64,000 nt of DNA, taken from Octopus sinensis (Eukaryota). Position numbers and translations under genes: made by a program. The notes under the pieces were generated by a model. The model had not been told where the DNA came from. It saw only the letters and a list, made by a program, of their open reading frames with translations, and did not search any database. The stretch lies in contig NC_043002.1 in the NCBI RefSeq assembly GCF_006345805.1, positions 111,910,001 to 111,974,000 on the forward strand, given 5' to 3'. Below, piece after piece: positions 12,450-25,534 of the stretch; the stretch's first letter is position 1; each line of letters starts with the position of its first letter.

Positions 12450-12746
12450 TTAAACTGAGGTTGCTGTCCTCTTGCTACCATCTGAAATTCTAAGTAGGTT
12501 TGGCACTTATGTCCTAAAATTTAATGAACTGAGGCAAGAATAATAACAATAAATAATGTTTGACTAGACTAGGCGCAGGAGTGGCTGTGTGGTAAGTAGC
12601 TTGCTAACCAACCACATGGTTCCGGGTTCAGTCCCACTGCGTGGCATCTTGGGCAAGTGTCTTCTGCTATAGCCTCGGGCCGACCAATGCCTTGTGAGTG
12701 GATTTGGTAGACGGAAACTGAAAGAAGCCTGTCGTATATATGTATG

Positions 12747-12779
<33 letters not shown>

Positions 12780-13237
12780 ATGTGTATGTGTTTGTGTGTC
12801 TGTGTTTGCCCCCCTAGCATTACTTGACAACCGATGCTGGTGTGTTTATGCCCCCGTCACTTAGCGGTTCGACAAAAGAGACCGATAGAATAAGTACTGG
12901 GCTTACAAAGAATAAGTCCCGGGGTCGATTTGCTCGACTAAAGGCGGTGCTCCAGCATGGCCACAGTCAAATGACTGAAACAAGTAAAAGAGTAAAGAGT
13001 AAAAGAGTAGATACACGACGCAGAGTCTATAATATATTTATCGGTCTAACTACGATCTCGAAACCGAGTATTTGTACTTTATCAGTCATTTTCCTCTACT
13101 TTATAAGGTACATCAATATTTTTGTTATTATTATTTATTGTTACTATTCTTGCCTCAGTTCATTAAATTTTGGGACATAAGTGCCAAACCTACTTAGAAT
13201 TTCAGATGGTAGCAAGAGGACAGCAACCTCAGTTTAA
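12450..13237. mobile_element. MITE/foldback element with 108-bp TIRs, interrupted by a SINE B
   Basis: Arms 12450-12557 and 13130-13237, about 106/108 complementary; TTAA at both outer ends (TA or TTAA TSD). Confidence 0.85.
12571..13009 (+). mobile_element. SINE family B nested in the MITE
   Basis: Head aggcgcaggagtggctgtgtgg; tail (agtaaaag)n. Confidence 0.95.
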
Positions 13238-13267
13238 CCCGCGCTAACTTATTTGCTATATTCTTTA

Positions 13268-13724
13268 TGAATGTGGGTATTAGTATGCACACATACACAC
13301 ACACACACACGTGTGTGTTTGTGCGCATATGTATTTATATTTATTTACATGTCTTTATGCATATGTGTGCAGATATGTACGTGTGTATGTGTATGAATGT
13401 ATGTGTATATGTGTGTGTATGTGTTTATATACATATGTGTGTGTATGTATTTACACACGTTTATATGTATGTATTTACACACGTTTATATATTTGTACAT
13501 CTTTGCGGACAGATCGTCGAGTGGATGTACGAATAGATAATTATTTGTGTGTGCAAATTTAAATATATGTGTGTATATATACATGTATGTATGTATGTAT
13601 GTATGTAGTATGTATGTATGTATGTATGTATGTATGTATGTGTGTATGTATGTATGTACGTACGTAAGTATGTATGTATGTATGTATGTACGTACGTATG
13701 TATGTATGTATGTATATATGTATG

Positions 13725-13759
<35 letters not shown>

Positions 13760-14040
13760 GTATGTACGTACGTATGTATGTATGTATGTATGTATGTATG
13801 TATACACGTACGTATGTATGTATGTATGCATGTATGTATGTACGTATGTAAGTATGTAGTAGTATGTATGTATGCATGCATGCATGCTGTATGTATGTAT
13901 GTATGTATGTATGTATGTATGTATGTGTGTATGTTGTATGTATGTATGCAATGATGCATGTATGTAGTATATATGTATGTATTATGTATGTATGTATGTA
14001 TGTGTAAGTATGTATGCATGATGTATGTATGTATATGGTG
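13268..14040. repeat. Long (TG)n/(TATG)n microsatellite
   Basis: Direct reading; source of the 194- and 224-aa pseudo-ORFs. Confidence 0.95.
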
Positions 14041-14511
14041 TGTGTTATATCTAGGCGTCTATTTCTCAAGTGCGTGGAGAGGTTTATAGATAATACTTTG
14101 TTATAATTATGTATATAATTATTAAAATATACATGTACCTATATATTTACACACACACACGTCTATTCTCTAGCGCGTGGGGAGTCTTATAGCCAATCCC
14201 TTGTTATAATTATATATATAATCATAGAATATTTGTAAAATTTACCTATAAGGTCTTTATTTCCGTGCTGACCTGCTGGTAAAATCTTTAATGATTTTTA
14301 CCCTTTATTATAATTAATATTTGAAAAATGTACTCCTTGATCAAAACTGCATTCACTGCATAATATGTTTCGATATTCTACACGTGGTTGAAAAGAGAGA
14401 TGGGAATTCTACTTTACAGTATATTTCTATGAGTGTGTATATATATATATATTGCTGTACGAAGTCGCTGCTCGTATACTTATGTGTAGATACTCGTCGA
14501 TTTATACTATG

Positions 14512-14722
14512 GAAGAAGAAGAAGAAAAAGAAGAAGAAGAAGAAGAAGAAGAAGAAGAAGAAAGAAGGAGGAGGTGGTGGTGGTGGTGGTGGAGAAGAAG
14601 AAGAAGAAGAAGAAGGAGGAGGAGGAGGAGGAGGAGGAGGTGGTGGTGGTGGTGGTGGTGGTGGTGGAGAAGAAGAAGAAGAAGAAGAAGAAGAAGAAGA
14701 AGAAGAAGAAGAAGAAGAAGAA
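14512..14722. repeat. (GAA)n/(GGA)n/(GGT)n trinucleotide tract
   Basis: Direct reading. Confidence 0.95.
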
Positions 14723-14769
14723 GGCTTCCTAAGAAGTCTGGTACTGAACAGAGAAGTTACACAGAGACG

Positions 14770-15365
14770 ATAGAATGGTGGAAGAATGCCTGAATGGCTC
14801 ACGGAAGGGAAAACTATCCTTATTCCTAAATCCACTGAAACGGCAAACCCACAAAATTACAGACCGATAACTTTTGGGGCTACAGTTTACAAAGCTTTTC
14901 TGCAATAATATCGTACTGGGGTCGATCTAATCGACTAGCCCCCCTCTCCCAAAATTTCGGGCCTTGTGCCTAGAGTAGAATAAAATATTGTTGAGACTGA
15001 GCAAGCATCTGAAAGAAAACAACCTGCTTCCGAAAGAACAGAAAGGATGCTGCAACGGTTCATACGGCTGTAAAGATCAGCTATTGATCAATAAAGCCAT
15101 AACTGAAGACAGCTGCAGAAAGAAGAACGGTTTAAGTATGGCTTGGATCGATTACCGAAAGGTTTTTGAAGGCATTCCCCACAAAGCGACCCTAGAAAAA
15201 CTAGCCATGAACAAGGTAGCACCTATAAAATATATGAAGCCATTCCATGAATAAATGGCAGACAGTGCTACTGCTCCAGACAAAAGATATTCTAAAAAAA
15301 ACCTAAGCCATTCCCGTTGGAAGAGGAGTATTCCAAGGAGACACACTCTCTCCATTCTGTGGAAG
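14770..15365 (+). mobile_element. R4/Dong-like (REL-endonuclease) LINE reverse transcriptase fragment, interrupted by a SINE C tail (14913-14987)
   Basis: PEWLTEGKTILIPK, NYRPIT, EQKGC, GCKDQLLINK, MAWIDYRK, GVFQGDTLSP. Confidence 0.85.
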
Positions 15366-15849
15366 ACTTGAAGGAAGCGGCCTTTTAACAAAAATAACCA
15401 CAAAAACGAAATTTTACCGCCATACGAAACACAGCATTCCCCACGGACAACGTCTCAGCGGAACATGTAGGAAAGACGCGTGCGAAATCAACATCATAAT
15501 GTTTACAAATTATAGAATATAAGAGGAATAAAACAGTGAGTACGTAAATTGATTAATTACGCATACAGTCGAATGTCTATACAATCATGTATACATAAGG
15601 CTACTTATACACACCAATGTTTACACTACGTGAAATTTACGCGACACACATACACACCTATGAAAGAACATATCACAAATGAAGCAAAACAATAACAGAA
15701 CAATTTTCTCCGAACTAATACAGGCAGAGTGAACAATCTCTAAGTTTAAAATACTACAAAGAAACTATGCCCGGAGATAAATCTGTCTACAAAAATGAAT
15801 AAATAAATTAATTGATAAATAAAGGCGAATACCGTTCTTTTAGTCCTAT

Positions 15850-18800
15850 GAAACTACGATACGTGAAACGTTTTCATTCAAAGAACTCGGAGGCGGTGTT
15901 GTCTCAAAAAGTTAATAGATCCGTGCCCTAATGTCAACGTCCAAGCTCTTCATGTCTCAATGATAACAAAGCAAAATCCGCACCGGTTTCGCCGTCAGCT
16001 GGGTCAACAAGGGCCGCGAACCTCAGTGAGAAACCAAACAGAGAGAAAGAAAATCAACTACTGGTTCAAATCTTCCTGAAACACAGGAGCTGGAAATACC
16101 CCACAGCCGGAATATTCCACGCTCATCATCAAATAATCAAAAGAAAAGGAAAGTAAAATCGTTCAGGGAAGATAATAAAGAAGTTCTTAAGGCCTTGTAT
16201 CGTGCCATGTATTTCTCCACAAATAAATCCAGTACTAAACAAACTTACTTAAACTGGAGAGAGAAGCATCTTGAAGTAAGATCCTACATAGATAGTAAAC
16301 AAGCTTTCCAACGTCAGAAGAAACATTATAAAAGAGAAATTACTAACTCAATTTGAGACTGACCAGATTAAAAGATCAGTAAAAGATAAAAGGAACGAAG
16401 ATGCAGCTAAAAAAGATACTACTTAAGAAATAATTACAGACCAACCCAGGTCTGGTGAAAATGCAGTAATGGTAGAAAGAGTCAATGTAACTGATAAACA
16501 AAGGGAAATACTCTCTGAAGCATAAATTTCAAGGAAGATGAAAATCAAATAGTGATGTAAGTCACACACGAAATTGACCCAACTGAATTAGATGATCTAA
16601 TGAATCAAATCATAATTGAATGGCTGAAAATTAAAGAAACCAGTATGAATGGACGTGACACTCTTCCAAAAATTCGCAACACGATATGAAAAGTGCACTG
16701 GGTTCTTCAAGGACGACAACATGTTTAAAAATAACACAAAAGGTTTTTGCAGGAAGATAGTTAAAATATCAGTCTGCCCCATCAAAAGAAGAAGTGCAAA
16801 GATTTGGGGATAAAATATGGGCAGAAGAAAAACTACACAATATAAAGGTCCCTTGGATTGATAGAATATCTACTGACTCAGCCTCCTTAATAGAGCAAAA
16901 GTGGGAGGTATCAAGTTAGAGGATGTAAAATCTGCTCTCTGGAAATCAACCAAGTGGAAGTCTCCAGAAAAGGATAAAATTCCTAACTTCTGGTTAAATG
17001 CTTTCCCGGAGAGTCATGAACTGCTGACAAGACTTTACAACAATGTTTTGCAGCCACCTAATTCGATTTTCTCTTGGTTAGTAAATGGTAATACATTTCT
17101 CCTTCCGAAAAATGAAGAAATAAATTAACCAAAAATTTATAGACCCATAATCTGCTTAACAACAATGTATAAAATACTAACATCTATCTTGACATCTATC
17201 TTTAATAGACAGTAGCATCTTCTTTAATGAGCCAAAAGGGTCCTATGGTTGTAAAGATTAGCTACTCGTTAATAAGATGATTATGGAAGATGGTCACAAA
17301 CAACACAAGAACTTATCAATAGCCAGAGTAGACTACAAAAAACCCTCTGAGAGTTTACCACATAGCTGGATTAAGAAATGTTTGGAAAATTATAAAATAG
17401 CACCTATTCTTCGAAACTTCTTATCTGTAAGTGTAAGATCATGGAAAACAAAACTGACTTTGAATAGTGACAATGAAACAATGCTGGGGATGTAAGAATT
17501 TCCTGTGACATTTTCCAGGGTGACTCTCAATCACCACTCCTATTTTCTCTGGCTTTAATACCTTTTTCGAAATACCTTTTTCGAAATTACTCGATGATGT
17601 ACAATATGGCTATAAAATGTTTGATAAAAATATAAATCATCTCTTTTACATGGATGATTTAAAGCTCTTTGCAAAATAAATTACCAACAAGTACAGGGTT
17701 TACTGGCAATTTTAAAACAGTTCAGTGATGAAATCAGGATGGAATTTGGCCTAAAAGCTACCTTTATCAGAATGAAAATGATTGAAACATCCAACGTTAA
17801 TCTTGAATAACAGAATGCTATAAAGGAGTTAGAACCAGCAGAGAGCTACATACACCTAGGGGTATTTGAAGGCGATGGAATCAAGCATTCAATGATGAGG
17901 GAAAGGATCAGAAAAGAATGTTAATGCAGGGTAAGGGCAATACTCAAGACAGAGCTGAACGCAGGAAACAGGATAAAAGCAATCAAAACTGTAGCCATAC
18001 CAGTCGTAACTTACAGTTTCAATATTATTAACTGGTCAATTATTGAAATCTGTAATCTTGACAGAGAAATATGAAAATTGTTGACAATATATAGGCGCAG
18101 GAGTGGCTGTGTGGTAAGTAGCTTGCTAACCAACCACATGGTTCCGGGTTCAGTCCCACTGCGTGGCATCTTGGGCAAGTGTCTTCTGCTATAGCCCCGG
18201 GCCGACCAATGCCTTGTGAGTGGATTTGGTAGACGGAAACTGAAAGAAGCCTGTCGTATATATGTATATATATATATGTGTGTGTGTGTGTATGTGTTTG
18301 TCCCCCTAGCATTGCTTGACAACCGATGCTGGTGTGTTTACGTCCCCGTTACTTAGCGGTTCGGCAAAAGAGACCGATAGAATAAGTACTGGACTTACAA
18401 AGAATAAGTCCCGAGGTCGATTTGCTCGACTAAAGGCGGTGCTCCAGCATGGCCGCAGACAAATGACTGAAACAAGTAAAAGAGTAAAGAGTAATGCATA
18501 GAATGCACCACCCTAAGGCAGATGTAGAACGATTTACCTGCCAAGAAAAGAAGGTAGCCGTAGACTTTTACAACTGAAATTGACTATGAAAATTGCCACA
18601 GTCGACCTTAACACTTACCCGAAAAATTCTGATGACTGGATGCTAAAACATGTCTGAAAGCATGAAAACAAGGAAGCGTCATACTCAGAAACAAAACAGG
18701 CAAAGAAATGTTTAAGGGAATTCCAAATACAACAAATCCCAGGATTAGACGTACAGGAATCAAGTACAGAAAAAGCTAAGCATATGAACCCCTTGCTAAA

Positions 18801-19410
18801 ACTGCTGCTTTAGATATTCTTACTGATAAATGGCAAGAAAAAACCTCTCAATGGCAAATACTCAAAGAGAGCTAATAATGCTGATGTTGACAAAGCCCTT
18901 TACCCATCAATGCTTAGTGTCCTCTGGCGTAAAATCAGAAATAGAAGGGTTTATCATAGCAGCCCAAGATCAATGCCTAGTTACAAGAGGCAACAAGGCC
19001 AACATCTTAAAGAACGGCAGGTAGCCCAACATGTCGTGTATGTAAACAACAAAATGAAACCATCGATTATGTTGTGTCAATGTGCAGCCTTCTTGTGCCG
19101 ACAGAGTATCTCAACAGGCATCTCAACAGCACAGTATATTCACTGAGTAATTTGAAACGACTTGGAACTGTCCCATGACAAAAACAGGGAGGAACACAAA
19201 ACACTGCCATGCTTTAAAATGATCACATCTTACTCGTTTGGAACTTTACTGTTCGAATTGACAGAAAGATAAATGCAAATAGACCAGACATTATATTGAA
19301 GGATTCAGACAAAAATCATGCCTCCTCATCGATATGACTGTCCCAATCGACATAAATGTACCTGTCAAGATCTACCAAAAACAGAAATTGTAAAGATCTG
19401 GGAACAGAAA
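15850..19410 (+). mobile_element. Degenerate, near-full-length R4/Dong-like LINE
   Basis: Frameshifted motifs: KWKSPEKDKIPNFWL, YRPIICLTTMYK, VDYKK..SLPHSWI, FQGDS, HLFYMDDLKL, MHRMHHPKADV, a degenerate CCHC-like stretch at ~19030-19150, ANRPDI. Ends at the (AAT)n tract. 5' limit approximate. Confidence 0.8.
18093..18493 (+). mobile_element. SINE family B inserted in the LINE ORF
   Basis: Removing it restores KLLT-MHRMHHPK; imperfect TSD aatatata/aatgcata. Confidence 0.95.
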
Positions 19411-19508
19411 TTGGCAAATAATAACAATAATAATAACAACAACAATAATAATAATAATAATAATAATAACAATAATAATAATAAAAACAATAATAATAAT
19501 AAAAATAA
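19410..19508. repeat. (AAT)n tract between LINE copies
   Basis: Direct reading; further tracts at 20021-20085 and 20649-20845. Confidence 0.95.
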
Positions 19509-20017
19509 GATGGTATAGGCACACACCAGAAAAGGTCACAGAAAACGAGAAAGCAACCATACTCTGGGATATGCCGATACACACAGATAGAGAAATTAAG
19601 GCCAACAGACCAGATATAGTTGTCAGAGATCATGAAGAAAAAAATGCTTTCTAATTGATGTATCAATACCGGCAGATGACAACGTGTCTCTAAAAGAAAT
19701 GGAGAAACTTTCAAAATACAAAGACCTGGAAATAGAGGTAACCAGAATGTGGAATCTAAAAACAGAAACAATTCCTATCATAGTAGGTGCATTAGGCATG
19801 ATAAAAAATATTCAGACAAATACATAACAAAAACACCAGGACTTACAAACACATATAACATACAGAAAATTGCACTACTAGGCACTGCACACATCCTTCG
19901 CAGAACACTTTCCATACAATAACCATCAGAGCATCACAACAAATCACAGCACATACCCAAGGCACACAGAGCTGCGCTCGGGTAGTGAAGTGAATGCACA
20001 CTATAAAAATAAAACTA

Positions 20018-20020
<3 letters not shown>
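19509..20020 (+). mobile_element. Young 5'-truncated R4/Dong-like LINE 3' end (REL endonuclease), copy 1
   Basis: WYRHTP, ILWDMPIHTD, ANRPDIVV, KYKDLEIE, PIIVGALG; (AAT)n tail. Confidence 0.9.
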
Positions 20021-20085
<65 letters not shown>

Positions 20086-20086
<1 letters not shown>

Positions 20087-20645
20087 TTACATACATTGGA
20101 AGCTATGCCAACATTATGGAATAACAACAGAAAAAAGATGGTATAGGCACACACCAGAAAAGGTCACAGAAAACGAGAAAGCAACCATACTCTGGGATAT
20201 GCCGATACACACAGATAGAGAAATTAAGGCCAACAGACCAGATATAGTTGTCAGAGACCATGAAGAAAAAAAATGCTTTCTAATTGATGTATCAGTACCG
20301 GCAGATGACAACGTGTCTCTAAAAGAAATGGAGAAACTCTCAAAATACAAAGACCTGGAAATAGAGGTAACTAGAATGTGGAATCTGAAAACAGAAACAA
20401 TTCCTATCATAGTAGGTGCATTAGGCATGATAAAAAATATTCAGACAAATACATAACAAAAACACCAGGACTTACAAACACATATAACATACAGAAAATT
20501 GCACTACTAGGCACTGCACACATCCTTCGCAGAACACTTCCATACAATAACCATCAGAGCATCACAACAAATCACAGCACATACCCAAGGCACACAAAGC
20601 TGCGCTCGGGTAGTGAAGTGAAAGCACGCTATAAAAATAAAACTA

Positions 20646-20648
<3 letters not shown>
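20086..20648 (+). mobile_element. Young 5'-truncated R4/Dong-like LINE 3' end, copy 2
   Basis: Starts 51 bp further 5' than copy 1 (YIHWKLCQHYGITTEKRWYRHTP); ORF 20199..20456; (AAT)n tail. Confidence 0.9.
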
Positions 20649-20692
<44 letters not shown>

Positions 20693-20709
20693 TAATAATA
20701 ATAATAATA

Positions 20710-20745
<36 letters not shown>

Positions 20746-20758
20746 TAATAATAAAAAC

Positions 20759-20826
<68 letters not shown>

Positions 20827-20887
20827 TAATAATAATAACAGCAACAAGAAGATTGTGTATCCGTATGTATGTATATATTTATGCATA

Positions 20888-21032
20888 CTTTTTCTTTTCA
20901 CTTGTTTCAGTCATTAGACTGCGGCCATGCTGGGGTACCACCTTGAAGAATTTTAGTAGAACTTATCAATCCCTGAACTTATTTTTTTGTAAAGCCTGGT
21001 ACTTATTCTATCGGTCCCTTTTGCCGCAACCG
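20888..21032 (-). mobile_element. SINE B-like 3' fragment
   Basis: Tail and gcggccatgctgggg segment. Confidence 0.7.
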
Positions 21033-21099
21033 GCCACTTGATCGGTAGCAAGGTAGCCATCATCCTTTAAACTTTATAAATGTCTTACAGATTTATGTT

Positions 21100-21500
21100 G
21101 TACCGCATACCGTGATCATTTGAAGAGTAGGAACAAAGGAATTACATTCACTCCCAAACTTTACTCGGGGCTGGTTGATATATTCACTATGGCATCAATA
21201 ATAGTAGATATGAAACTGAATATGTGTCTTGGCCACTGGATTTGCAAACTCTTTATCAATGGTCCATAGACGTCCTTCTTTTTATGTGTTTTTATGACCT
21301 GACTAACGCCCATAGGGCAGCTGATTTCCACAATAGAACATCATTTATTTTTCTGTAATCCCATACAACAATACAACAATATCTGACCGCTTGTATTTCA
21401 ACTTAGTGTCTGTTTTAATCTTTATGATCCATTAATATTCTTTTGCCTCATTGGTTTCATAAATATGGCAGATGCTTGCGTGTTTAAATCTGAAATTATT
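21100..21500 (-). mobile_element. Old REL-endonuclease LINE 3' relic (different subfamily)
   Basis: Manual minus-strand translation: YETNEAKEY*W..IKTDTKLKYKRSDIVV, then after a frameshift IVEISCPMG...DVYGPLIKSLQIQWPRHIFSFISTIIDA (PD-(D/E)xK-like layout). Confidence 0.6.
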
Positions 21501-22221
21501 GTTAAAGTTCCTTGATATTATTTTATCTTACAAATAAACTCGCCATTTCGACTTCCATATAAAAAATGTGTGTCTGTGTGAATGTGTGTCTGTGTGTGTG
21601 ACTGTGTGTCTGTGTGTGTGGGGGGGGGGGGTGAGCACACGCATGTTTACGTGTATGTGTGTGTCTTTGCGTGTGTGTATGTGTGAATAGCATGAGCACA
21701 AATGTTAGGTTACTCAAATGCAACGTGTCATGTCATCACCAACTGAGCAGGCATCCTGAACAGGTTTCCTGATGAGGGGAATTGCTAAAAAAAAAACCAA
21801 TCATGCACAAAAAAAAACAATGCATAAAAAGGATAGATTTATCGATCATTGGAATCAACGGATATTTGTTTCATTATAAATAATCGATATGGCGAACGAG
21901 CCAGCTTTAATGCCACGTTGCAAGTGATGAACCCCTAAAACAATTCCTCAACTAATATAGCAGAAACTCTGATTTATCACATTGTGTTTGTTCATTTTGT
22001 GTACTCCTTTTTCAGTTCTTTCTTTCTTTCTTTCTTGTTTTTGTGCCTGCAACCCGCCTATGTTTGATATCAAGAAACAAACATCAAGGGTGCATCACGT
22101 GATGTAAAATGCGACGTTAAGAGAAATCGAAATTGTTTGGGGATGGGTGTATCCCGACTTTGCCCAGACTGCACCATTTGTGTCTAGCAGGAAACACTGT
22201 GTAAGCTGGTTCAGGTTACAC

Positions 22222-22260
<39 letters not shown>

Positions 22261-22389
22261 AGGAGGTTTGCTCTATGTTCCATCTTAAGCAAATTCTTTT
22301 CGTGGATTCTTCGCTAAAAACATTTCCTTTTTACCTTTCCTGTTAATGAGAGCTCATACATCGTTCTTGACGGCAAAGTTTACCATCAT

Positions 22390-22778
22390 CTTTAACATCA
22401 TTATCATCATCATCATCATCATCATCATTATAAGCACATAAAATATATGTATATACATATATGTGTATGTTTAATGTGGTTTAGTCTGTGTATATATGCA
22501 TAAATATATATGTGCGTGTGTGTATAAACATATATAGATACGTTATATATATACATACATACATGCATACATATATACATATACATATGTACATATATAT
22601 ATGTATCTATATATCGATATACATATGTGTATATACATATATGTATATGTATATATATGCATATATATACATATATGTATGCATATATATATATATGTAT
22701 ATGCATATATATATATATACACATATATATATATACATATGTATATGTATATATGTATGCATGTGTGTAAGAATGTAT

Positions 22779-22845
<67 letters not shown>

Positions 22846-22860
22846 TACATATACATATAC
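22390..22860. repeat. (CAT)n plus degenerate (TA)n microsatellite
   Basis: Direct reading. Confidence 0.9.
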
Positions 22861-22985
22861 AGGCCCAGTTATATACCTACATGGATGTATATCTTTGCAT
22901 GTATTTATACGCTTACATCTAAGTCATATACAGAGTTGGCTAAAAGTCACCTGACAGAAAATCAACACAATTTAATTTCAAGATT

Positions 22986-23179
22986 TACTCTTTTACTCTT
23001 TTATTTGTTCCAGTCATTTGACTGCGGCAATGCTGGAGCACCGTCTTTAGTCGAAAACATCGTCCCCAGAACTTATTCTTTGTAACCCTAGTCCTTGCCG
23101 AACTGCTAAGTTGCAAGTACGTAAACACACCAGCATTGGTTGTCAAGCGATGGTGGGGGACAAACACACACGTACACAC

Positions 23180-23269
<90 letters not shown>

Positions 23270-23279
23270 TATCTATCTA

Positions 23280-23337
<58 letters not shown>

Positions 23338-23497
23338 ACGGGCTTCTTTCAGTTTTCGTCTACCAAATCCACCCACAAGGCTTTGGTCGGCCCGAGGCTC
23401 TAGCAGAAGCAACCTGCTCAAGGTGCCACGCCGTGGGACTGAACCCAGAACAATGTGAGTGGTAAAGAAGCTACTTACCACACAGCCACTCCTCGGC
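22986..23497 (-). mobile_element. Diverged SINE family B with an expanded internal (CTAT)n/(TA)n
   Basis: Head and tail match family B with more substitutions. Confidence 0.85.
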
Positions 23498-23726
23498 CTG
23501 TTTATGTTTAACAAATGAGTGAATTTAATAAAAGCATCTAAATATGAAACATCATGAAAATTGTTCAAACTAAAGTCCTTGAACGACACATTTTTCCATT
23601 CGACTCAATACAGTGTTACGGATAGTATTTAAGGAATTTTGATTTACTGTCGAGTGACCTTTGACCAACCATGTATATGTATACACACATATATATATAT
23701 ATTCACATACACACAAACGCACACAC

Positions 23727-23933
23727 GTTAGCACGCCGGGCGAAATGCTTAGCCGTATTTCGTCTGCCGTTAAGTGTTCTGGGTTCAAAATCCGCCGAGG
23801 TCGACTTTGCCTTTCATCCTTTCGGGGTCGATAAATTAAGTACCAGTTACGCACTGGGGTCGATGTAATCGACTTAATCCCTTTGTCTGTCCTTGTTCGT
23901 CCCTTCTATGTTTAGCCCCTTGTGGGCAGTAAA

Positions 23934-23940
<7 letters not shown>
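23727..23940 (+). mobile_element. SINE family C (tail i), slightly 5'-truncated
   Basis: Matches 36063-36292. Confidence 0.9.
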
Positions 23941-23984
<44 letters not shown>

Positions 23985-24344
23985 CACATACATACACAAA
24001 CACACACACTCATATATCTCATACGTATGTGTACGCGAGTGTCTCTGTGTTTGTGTGCGTTGTGTTAAGCCTGCAAGTGTTAACCTGACATTATGTCAAG
24101 TTCCTGTTTAGAACACAAAAGAATGACTGTAACGTGTTTTTTTCTTTTTGTTTTCTTTTTAAAAAATGTTTTGAAATTCTAATGACACTAATATCTGATA
24201 TTTGGTGATAAGTCAAATTATGACACTAAATATGTGTGTGCATACGTGAGTGTGTATGTGTAGTGTGTGTATGTGTGGGCGTATATATACATATATGTAT
24301 ATACATATATATGTATATAAAGTTAATCCAAACATATATATGTA

Positions 24345-24416
<72 letters not shown>

Positions 24417-24850
24417 GAGGATAAGATGGCTTCTATACTTTACATTATATATATATACACACAAACATATGTATATACATGTATATGTGTGTATATATAT
24501 ATATATATTTATGATAACATACGTACATACATACATGCATACATATATATTTACGCATACAAATATTTAAACATATACTAATACGAATCTTGTTTGACGG
24601 GTGCGTTTTGAAATACAAGATTTTGTTTACACTTCATTATATGCGTATTTATTTGTACGTTTTATCTTAAAATATTTAAATTCTGAAATTCTTTACAAAA
24701 TTAATGCATTCGCTGACAAAAGACAACGTTTTCTTGTTCATACATATTTCCATGAATGATTGCGTGCATATCTCTTTATACTGGATATTGGTGTGTTTTT
24801 TGCCCTCCCTGGAAATAGCAGCGATATCTCGCCTCAGATCACACTTTAAA

Positions 24851-25236
24851 GGAAGCACTCCGTCGGTTACGACGACGAGGGTTCCGGTTGATCCGATCAA
24901 CGGAACAGCCTGCTCGTGAAATTAACGTGCAAGTGGCTGAGCACTCCACAGACACGTGTACCCTTAACGTAGTTCTCGGGGATATTCAGCGTGACACAAG
25001 AGAGTGACAAGGCCGGCCCTTTGAAATACAGGTACAACAGAAACAGGAAGTAAGAGTGAGAGAAAGTTGTGGTGAAAGAGAACAGCAGGGATCACCACCA
25101 TCCCCTGCCGGAGCCTCGTGGAGCTTTTTAGGTGTTTTCGCTCAATAAACACTCACAACGCCCGGTGTGGGAATCGAAACCGCGATCCTACGACCGCGAG
25201 TCCGCTGCCCTAACCACTGGGCCATTGCGCCTCCAC
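24851..25236 (-). mobile_element. SINE family A
   Basis: TSD agatcacacttta at 24836-24848 and 25237-25249. Confidence 0.95.
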
Positions 25237-25534
25237 AGATCACACTTTATCACTTTAAACGTAGAAGGATTACTTTACGAGTACTCTCTACACCTTAATA
25301 AAAAAAGAATTAAATGGTCACAGCTGGAGGTCTCTGACCATAGGTCTCCTTATTCTCAGGTGAACAAAATATATCATGGCTGCTGGTCTTGTTCTTGTTG
25401 TTGCTGTGAGTCATAACCAAACAAGCCTAAGCTTAAATAGGTCCCAGTCTTGTTTTGCTTTTTTGTATTTCTTTTGACAGCCCCATTTTTCCCCCAACAT
25501 TGTATAACTTGTCTTTTTCTAAGACGATATATTT

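Noticed and set aside
13345-14069. Long ORFs (224 and 194 aa) of MYVC/HTYI type, and all similar IYIY, CVCV and LSLS ORFs
   Set aside because: Translations of stop-free microsatellites.
14321-14835. Poly-K/G/E, poly-S/P/F and poly-R ORFs (also 36666-37074)
   Set aside because: Trinucleotide tracts open in several frames; no coding context.
15840-15960. HDV-like ribozyme at the 5' end of the R4-like LINE
   Set aside because: Could not assemble P1/P2/P3 pairings by eye.
21769-21790. ctgatgagggg as a hammerhead core
   Set aside because: No paired stem II and GAAA at a suitable distance.
25360-25405. Attractive first exon MAAGLVLVVA with a GTGAGT donor, in phase with 37887
   Set aside because: The acceptor lies in a degenerate repeat tail (ggtcacagctgg...tcagg, similar to pieces near 28.3, 47.7 and 56.3 kb), and the coding part is low-complexity gtt/ctt; too easy to obtain by chance.
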